Shown: piece after piece, positions 58,677 through 64,000 of the stretch
Position numbering within the stretch: position 1 is the first letter of the stretch
How the letters are laid out: every line of letters begins with the position of its first letter
DNA from: Candidatus Coprovivens sp.
Lineage (GTDB): Bacteria > Bacillota_I > Bacilli_A > RF39 > UBA660
Reading direction: 5' to 3'
Assembly (NCBI GenBank): GCA_051892935.1
Contig: JBJFGS010000025.1
Span: 1-64,000, forward strand
DNA length: 64,000 nucleotides
The notes under the pieces: model-generated
Database searches by the model: none
What the model saw: only the letters and a program-made list of their open reading frames with translations
What the model was told of the DNA's origin: nothing
Made by a program: the position numbers and the translations under genes

Positions 58677-59177
58677 ATGATATTTTTAAAAAAAGCTAAT
58701 CTCGAAGATATCGAAGAAGAATACAATTTTCTAAGTAAAATGCCTAGTATAAACGGTTTTGAAAACGAATATGAAAACCTTCCTAGAGAAAATTTTGAAC
58801 AACATATCAAAGCATTAATTGATCACTCAGAAGGAAAAAAACTAAAAGAAGGATACGTACCAGATACATACTTTTTCCTATGGGATGATAATAAAATAGT
58901 TGGAGTATTCAAACTAAGACATTACTTAAATGATTGGTTAAGAAAAAATGCAGGACACCTAGGTTACGGAATATTACCAGAAGAAAATGGTAAAGGTTAT
59001 GCGACTAAAGGTCTAGCTCTTATGAAAAAAGAAGCAGCTAAGATAATAAAAGAAAACGAAATTTATTTATCTGTTCATAAAGACAACAAAGCATCATTAA
59101 AAGTTCAACAAAAAAATGGTGCTTACATAGTAAAAGAAACTGAAAATGAATACTTAACAAGAATAAAAATAAGATAA
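58677..59177 (+). CDS. GNAT family N-acetyltransferase
   Basis: AGHLGYGI..EENGKGYAT and NKASLKV..KNG motifs; paralogue of 55026..55604. Confidence 0.9.
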   Translation: MIFLKKANLEDIEEEYNFLSKMPSINGFENEYENLPRENFEQHIKALIDHSEGKKLKEGYVPDTYFFLWDDNKIVGVFKLRHYLNDWLRKNAGHLGYGILPEENGKGYATKGLALMKKEAAKIIKENEIYLSVHKDNKASLKVQQKNGAYIVKETENEYLTRIKIR

Positions 59178-59359
59178 AAAGACTTTGATAAAAGTTAATT
59201 TTATAGTTCTAAAAAAAAAATTTATAAAGTAAATGTAAAACTAAAAAACAAAAGTATTTATTAAATGTAAAGTTTAAGAAAAACAAGAGTTTATGTCTCT
59301 TGTTTTTACTTTTTATGATAAAATATCTTTGTGACATAATATGCGAAGGAGGAATCATT

Positions 59360-61990
59360 GTGCACAAATATGTATATTTATTTACTGAAGGTAATGCAGA
59401 TATGCGAAACTTATTAGGTGGTAAAGGTGCAAACTTAGCAGAAATGACAAATATTGGTCTTCCTGTTCCTCAAGGTTTTACAATTACTACTGAAGCATGT
59501 ACTCAATACTATGAAGATGGTAGAGAAATCAACGAAGAAATACAATCTCAAATTAATGAGTACATCGTAAAAATGGAAGAAATTACTGGAAAGAAATTCG
59601 GAGATAAAGAAAATCCTTTATTAGTTTCAGTAAGATCAGGTGCTAGAGCTTCAATGCCTGGTATGATGGATACAATCCTTAACTTAGGTTTAAACGAAGA
59701 AGTTGTTGAAGTATTAGCAGAAAAATCAAATAACCCAAGATGGGCTTGGGATTGCTACAGAAGATTTATTCAAATGTATTCAGATGTAGTTATGGAAGTC
59801 GGCAAAAAATACTTTGAAGAATTAATCGACAAAATGAAAGAAGAAAAAGGTGTTAAACAAGACGTTGAATTAACAGCTGAAGATTTAAAAGAATTAGCTG
59901 CACAATTTAAAGCCGAATACAAAGCAAAAATAGGTACTGACTTCCCAAGCGATCCAAAAGAACAATTAATGGGAGCTATTAAAGCAGTATTCCGTTCATG
60001 GGATAACCCAAGAGCAAATGTATATAGAAGAGATAACGACATTCCTTATTCATGGGGAACTGCTGTTAACGTTCAATCAATGGCATTCGGTAACATGGGT
60101 GATGATTGTGGTACAGGTGTTGCATTTACTCGTGACCCAGCTACTGGAGAAAAAGGCCTATTTGGTGAATTCTTAACAAACGCTCAAGGTGAAGACGTTG
60201 TTGCAGGTGTTCGTACACCAATGAAAATAGCTGAAATGGAACAAAAATTTCCAGAAGCATTTGAACAATTTAAAGAAGTATGCAAAACTCTAGAAGAACA
60301 TTATAGAGACATGCAAGACATGGAATTTACTGTAGAACATGGTAAATTATATATGCTACAAACTAGAAATGGTAAAAGAACTGCTCAAGCAGCATTAAAA
60401 ATTGCTTGTGATTTAGTAGATGAAGGAATGCGTACAGAAGAAGAAGCTGTAGCAATGATTGATCCAAGAAACCTAGATACATTACTACATCCTCAATTTG
60501 ATGTTAAAGTATTAAAAGAAGCTAAACCAATAGGAAAAGGTTTAGGAGCATCTCCAGGTGCTGCATGTGGCCAAATCGTATTTACAGCAGAAGATGCAGA
60601 AAAATGGGCAGCAAATGGTAAAAAAGTAGTTCTAGTTAGACTTGAAACATCTCCAGAAGATATAACTGGTATGAAAGCATCTCAGGGTATCTTAACAGTA
60701 CGTGGTGGTATGACTTCACATGCTGCAGTAGTAGCACGTGGTATGGGTACTTGCTGTGTTTCTGGATGTGGCGAAATCATAATGGATGAAGCAAACAAGA
60801 AATTTACATTAGCAGGTAAAACATTCAACGAAGGAGATGAAATATCTATCGATGGTACAACTGGTAACATTTATGATGGCATTATTCCTACAGTTCCTGC
60901 AACTATAGCCGGAGAATTTGGTCGTGTTATGGAATGGGCAGACAAATATAGAACATTAGGAGTTAGAACAAATGCTGACAATCCAACTGATACTGCAAAA
61001 GCAATCGAATTAGGAGCAGAAGGCATTGGATTATGTCGTACAGAACACATGTTCTTCGAAGAAGAAAGAATACCAGCAATAAGAAAAATGATTCTTGCTG
61101 ATACTGTAGAAGAAAGAGAAAAAGCTTTAGAAGCATTAATTCCTTTCCAAAAGGGTGACTTCAAAGCTATGTACAAAGAATTAAAAGGATTACCAATGAC
61201 AGTTCGTTACTTAGATCCACCTCTACATGAATTCTTACCTAAAGAAGAAGCAGATATCAAAGCCCTAGCTAAAGATATGGGTGTTACCGTTAAACATTTA
61301 AAAAACAAATGTGATGAATTACATGAATTCAATCCAATGATGGGACATAGAGGATGCCGTCTAGCTGTTACTTATCCAGAAATCGCTAGAATGCAAACAA
61401 GAGCTTTAATGGAAGCAGCTATTGAAGTAAAAGAAGAAGAAGGATACGATATTGTTCCTGAAATAATGATTCCACTAGTAGGAGAAGTTAAAGAATTAAA
61501 ATTCGTTAAAGACATAGTAGTAGAAACAGCAGAACAAGTTAAGAAAGAAAAAGGTTCAGACATGGAATACCATATTGGTACTATGATAGAAATTCCAAGA
61601 GCAGCAATTACTGCAGATGCTATTGCAAAAGAAGCAGAATTCTTCTCATTCGGAACTAACGACTTAACTCAAATGACATTCGGTTTCTCACGTGATGATG
61701 CAGGTAAGTTCCTTGGATCATACTATGAAACTAAAATATATGAACAAGATCCATTCGCAAGAATTGATCAAACAGGTGTAGGAGAACTTGTTAAAATTGC
61801 AGTAGAAAAAGGAAAATCTACAAGACCAAATATTAAACTTGGTATTTGTGGAGAGCACGGTGGAGATCCATCAAGTGTTGAATTCTGCCATAATGCTGGA
61901 TTAACATATGTTTCTTGCTCACCATTTAGAGTTCCTATTGCTAGATTAGCTGCTGCACAAGCCGCAATCAAAGCAAAAAATAATAAATAA
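59360..61990 (+). CDS. ppdK: Pyruvate, phosphate dikinase
   Basis: GTG start after AAGGAGG; LGGKGANLAEM, GGMTSHAAVVAR, GLCRTEHMFF and GICGEHGGDP motifs. Confidence 0.99.
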   Translation: MHKYVYLFTEGNADMRNLLGGKGANLAEMTNIGLPVPQGFTITTEACTQYYEDGREINEEIQSQINEYIVKMEEITGKKFGDKENPLLVSVRSGARASMPGMMDTILNLGLNEEVVEVLAEKSNNPRWAWDCYRRFIQMYSDVVMEVGKKYFEELIDKMKEEKGVKQDVELTAEDLKELAAQFKAEYKAKIGTDFPSDPKEQLMGAIKAVFRSWDNPRANVYRRDNDIPYSWGTAVNVQSMAFGNMGDDCGTGVAFTRDPATGEKGLFGEFLTNAQGEDVVAGVRTPMKIAEMEQKFPEAFEQFKEVCKTLEEHYRDMQDMEFTVEHGKLYMLQTRNGKRTAQAALKIACDLVDEGMRTEEEAVAMIDPRNLDTLLHPQFDVKVLKEAKPIGKGLGASPGAACGQIVFTAEDAEKWAANGKKVVLVRLETSPEDITGMKASQGILTVRGGMTSHAAVVARGMGTCCVSGCGEIIMDEANKKFTLAGKTFNEGDEISIDGTTGNIYDGIIPTVPATIAGEFGRVMEWADKYRTLGVRTNADNPTDTAKAIELGAEGIGLCRTEHMFFEEERIPAIRKMILADTVEEREKALEALIPFQKGDFKAMYKELKGLPMTVRYLDPPLHEFLPKEEADIKALAKDMGVTVKHLKNKCDELHEFNPMMGHRGCRLAVTYPEIARMQTRALMEAAIEVKEEEGYDIVPEIMIPLVGEVKELKFVKDIVVETAEQVKKEKGSDMEYHIGTMIEIPRAAITADAIAKEAEFFSFGTNDLTQMTFGFSRDDAGKFLGSYYETKIYEQDPFARIDQTGVGELVKIAVEKGKSTRPNIKLGICGEHGGDPSSVEFCHNAGLTYVSCSPFRVPIARLAAAQAAIKAKNNK

Positions 61991-62007
61991 TAAAATATAT
62001 ATACAAA

Positions 62008-62042
62008 AGACTAAGAATTTCAACACAGCTTAGTCTTTTTTT
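62008..62042 (+). terminator. Intrinsic terminator of ppdK
   Basis: AGACTAAG..CTTAGTCT followed by a T-run. Confidence 0.85.
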
Positions 62043-62104
62043 ATCTAAAGATGGTAAAAAAGCACACTATATGGTATAATATAAATAGTTTTAAGGTGAT
62101 ATAA

Positions 62105-62713
62105 ATGTTAGATAATAAATTAGGAATAACAAATGAAATCGAACTTGCTCATGAAGAAGAAAGAATAACTAAATTAAAAGCGTTAGAGTTATTTGATACT
62201 AACAAAATTAATGAATTTGAAGTTGGAACTATCAAAGGATTATCAAGTATACATAAATACTTATTTTCTGATATTTATGAATTTGCCGGGGAGATTAGAG
62301 ATGTCAATATTGCTAAAGGTAATTTTAGATTTGCACCTTCTATGTATTTAAAAGAAGCATTAAACAAAATTGATAATATGCCTGAAGATACATTTGATAA
62401 TATTATAAAAAAATATATTGAAATGAATGTAGCTCATCCATTTAGAGAAGGTAATGGTAGAAGTACAAGAATTTGGCTTGATATGATTTTAAAAAAAGAA
62501 TTAGGTAAAGTAGTTGATTGGAGTAAAGTAGATAAAGAAGAATATTTGTTAGCTATGGAAAGAAGCCCTATCAAAGATACTGAAATTAACATACTACTTA
62601 AAAATTCACTTACTGATAAAGTTAATAATAGAGAAGTATATATGAAAGGTATAGATACAAGTTATAAATACGAAGGATATAATAACTATACAATGGCCGA
62701 ATTAGACAGTTAA
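62105..62713 (+). CDS. fic: Class III Fic protein adenylyltransferase
   Basis: [12 protein letters not shown] catalytic motif and C-terminal autoinhibitory SYKYEG motif. Confidence 0.92.
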   Translation: MLDNKLGITNEIELAHEEERITKLKALELFDTNKINEFEVGTIKGLSSIHKYLFSDIYEFAGEIRDVNIAKGNFRFAPSMYLKEALNKIDNMPEDTFDNIIKKYIEMNVAHPFREGNGRSTRIWLDMILKKELGKVVDWSKVDKEEYLLAMERSPIKDTEINILLKNSLTDKVNNREVYMKGIDTSYKYEGYNNYTMAELDS

Positions 62714-62820
62714 TTTAATAAATAATGAAAAGATAATTTAGAGCTATTGTACTATACAGCTTTCTCGTGCATCAAGTGACTTAAGAGTAATCAAAGAAAA
62801 AAAGAAGTAAAAATAAAACA

Positions 62821-62858
62821 AAGACTAAGATAACACAAAAGAAATCTTAGTCTTTTTT
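62821..62858 (+). terminator. Intrinsic terminator after fic (near-copy of the ppdK terminator)
   Basis: AAGACTAAGAT..ATCTTAGTCTT followed by Ts. Confidence 0.8.
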
Positions 62859-63051
62859 ATATATAAAATAGTAATTATAATTAATAAATTAGATAATATA
62901 TACAAAGTTTTTAATATATAACACTTATTGAATATATTAAAAAGTCCCAGAACATATTTAGATACAATAATAAAAACAATAGATTGGAAATCATAATACT
63001 ATTGATTTTATAAAGATAGAATACTAAAATATAATAAAGGAGATAATACCA

Positions 63052-64000
63052 ATGAATATAGAAAAAATAAATCCAAATATAAAATATATATACCATTACA
63101 CATTAAAGGAAAATGTTGGGAAAATACTGAATGATAAAGAAATAAAATCAAAGGACAAATATGTCTTTTTTACTAAAAGCCTAGAGGACTCTATCACCGC
63201 CTTTGATAGAGAAATGATGCAAGAAGGCAAATTATATATTGATGTAGATGGAATATTAAGAAAAAGAGGAAAATGTAATAAAGATGATTACTGCATCTTA
63301 AAAATTCCCTATATAAACGATAACCAATTCTACAAATTTAGTTTTGCTAACCAAAGCAAAGAATCAATTTATACAATATCAATAAGTCATAAAGGATCAT
63401 ATCAATTCAAAGAAGCAAAAATATTAGAATTTCCTAAAACAAGAAAACTAAATCTATTTAACAAAGCCGCTATTGCTGCTGTTGTAGCAGGCATACTATT
63501 TCCTTATAATGTTTTTGCTGCCAGTTGGTTAGATAGTGAAAATTATGATATTAGTTGGTATACAAACGAAACATTAACTGAATACAAAATAACAACACCA
63601 AACCAATTAGCAGGACTTGCGTATTTAGTAAATAAAGAAAATGAAACATTCGAATCTCAAAACCTTATAATTAGTGAAGAAATAGACTTAACAGCCAATA
63701 CTTGGGAAACAATAAAAAGTACTTTCAAAGGAAACATTTTGACTGGCGGTACATGTGGAATTCACAGAATAATATTGAAAAATTTTGATGGTAAACTTAT
63801 AGAAAATCAAAATTTAGATATAGTAGAATACTCATATGAAATCTCACAAAATGAAAAAGACTTAATAAATGTCATTATTGGAGCACCTTACACAGTTGAA
63901 AAAATAAAAGAAATAACCGGAGCCGAAAAAGTGCTAATAAACAATTTAGAAACAACAGATAATCAATCGTTACTAGGTTTAACTGAAAATGATAAAATAA
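63052..64000 (+). CDS. 3'-truncated protein: ADP-ribosyltransferase-like N-terminal domain, internal signal/TM segment and surface-protein domain
   Basis: SD AAGGAG; frame open to the window end (316 codons). IYHYT..N...I..YVFFT motifs; AAIAAVVAGILFPYNVFA; ITTPNQLAGLAYLVN..IDL...W..I..FKG. Confidence 0.65.
   Translation, partial: MNIEKINPNIKYIYHYTLKENVGKILNDKEIKSKDKYVFFTKSLEDSITAFDREMMQEGKLYIDVDGILRKRGKCNKDDYCILKIPYINDNQFYKFSFANQSKESIYTISISHKGSYQFKEAKILEFPKTRKLNLFNKAAIAAVVAGILFPYNVFAASWLDSENYDISWYTNETLTEYKITTPNQLAGLAYLVNKENETFESQNLIISEEIDLTANTWETIKSTFKGNILTGGTCGIHRIILKNFDGKLIENQNLDIVEYSYEISQNEKDLINVIIGAPYTVEKIKEITGAEKVLINNLETTDNQSLLGLTENDKI

Noticed and set aside
59180-59340. Two AAATGTAAA repeats and a hairpin upstream of ppdK as a riboswitch or cre site
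   Set aside because: The hairpin is adequately explained as the operon terminator, and the repeats are too short and AT-rich to support a call.
62911-63096. 61-aa hydrophobic minus-strand ORF
   Set aside because: Overlaps the start and promoter region of the 63052 gene; composition reflects AT-rich antisense sequence.

Overview
Very AT-rich chromosomal segment (genetic code 11; nearly all genes on the + strand) from a reduced-genome, cell-walled Bacillota/Bacilli bacterium. The mix of a Bacillus-like gene order with many missing neighbours suggests an uncultured RF39-like gut lineage, but this is inference. It carries translation and housekeeping genes (rpsB-tsf-frr, tRNA-Arg, rpsU-yqeY, ybeY-dgkA-era-recO, glyQS, sepF-divIVA, yqeG-yqeH, mutL, miaA, rpsT, xerC, ppdK), a scattered stripped-down sporulation set (gerM, gerE, spoIIIAH, yqfC/yqfD, yqzL, sigK, spoIIP) and a wall teichoic-acid locus with three O-acyltransferases. 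The most unusual items lie outside the ORF track: (1) a tandemly duplicated, covarying structured RNA element, each copy fused to a terminator and followed by a small ORF, ahead of a nucleotidyltransferase/GNAT/ABC-exporter operon (53.7-59.2 kb), a riboswitch or attenuator candidate I cannot assign to a known family; (2) a minimal glycine T-box with an ultrashort Stem I and a non-canonical expression platform; (3) two unannotated double-glycine peptides behind a C39 peptidase ABC transporter; (4) an Rpn nuclease with an internal promoter, RBS and start for an intragenic antitoxin; (5) a partial ORF fusing an ADP-ribosyltransferase-like domain to a surface protein. All product calls come from motif recognition by eye, with no database searches.
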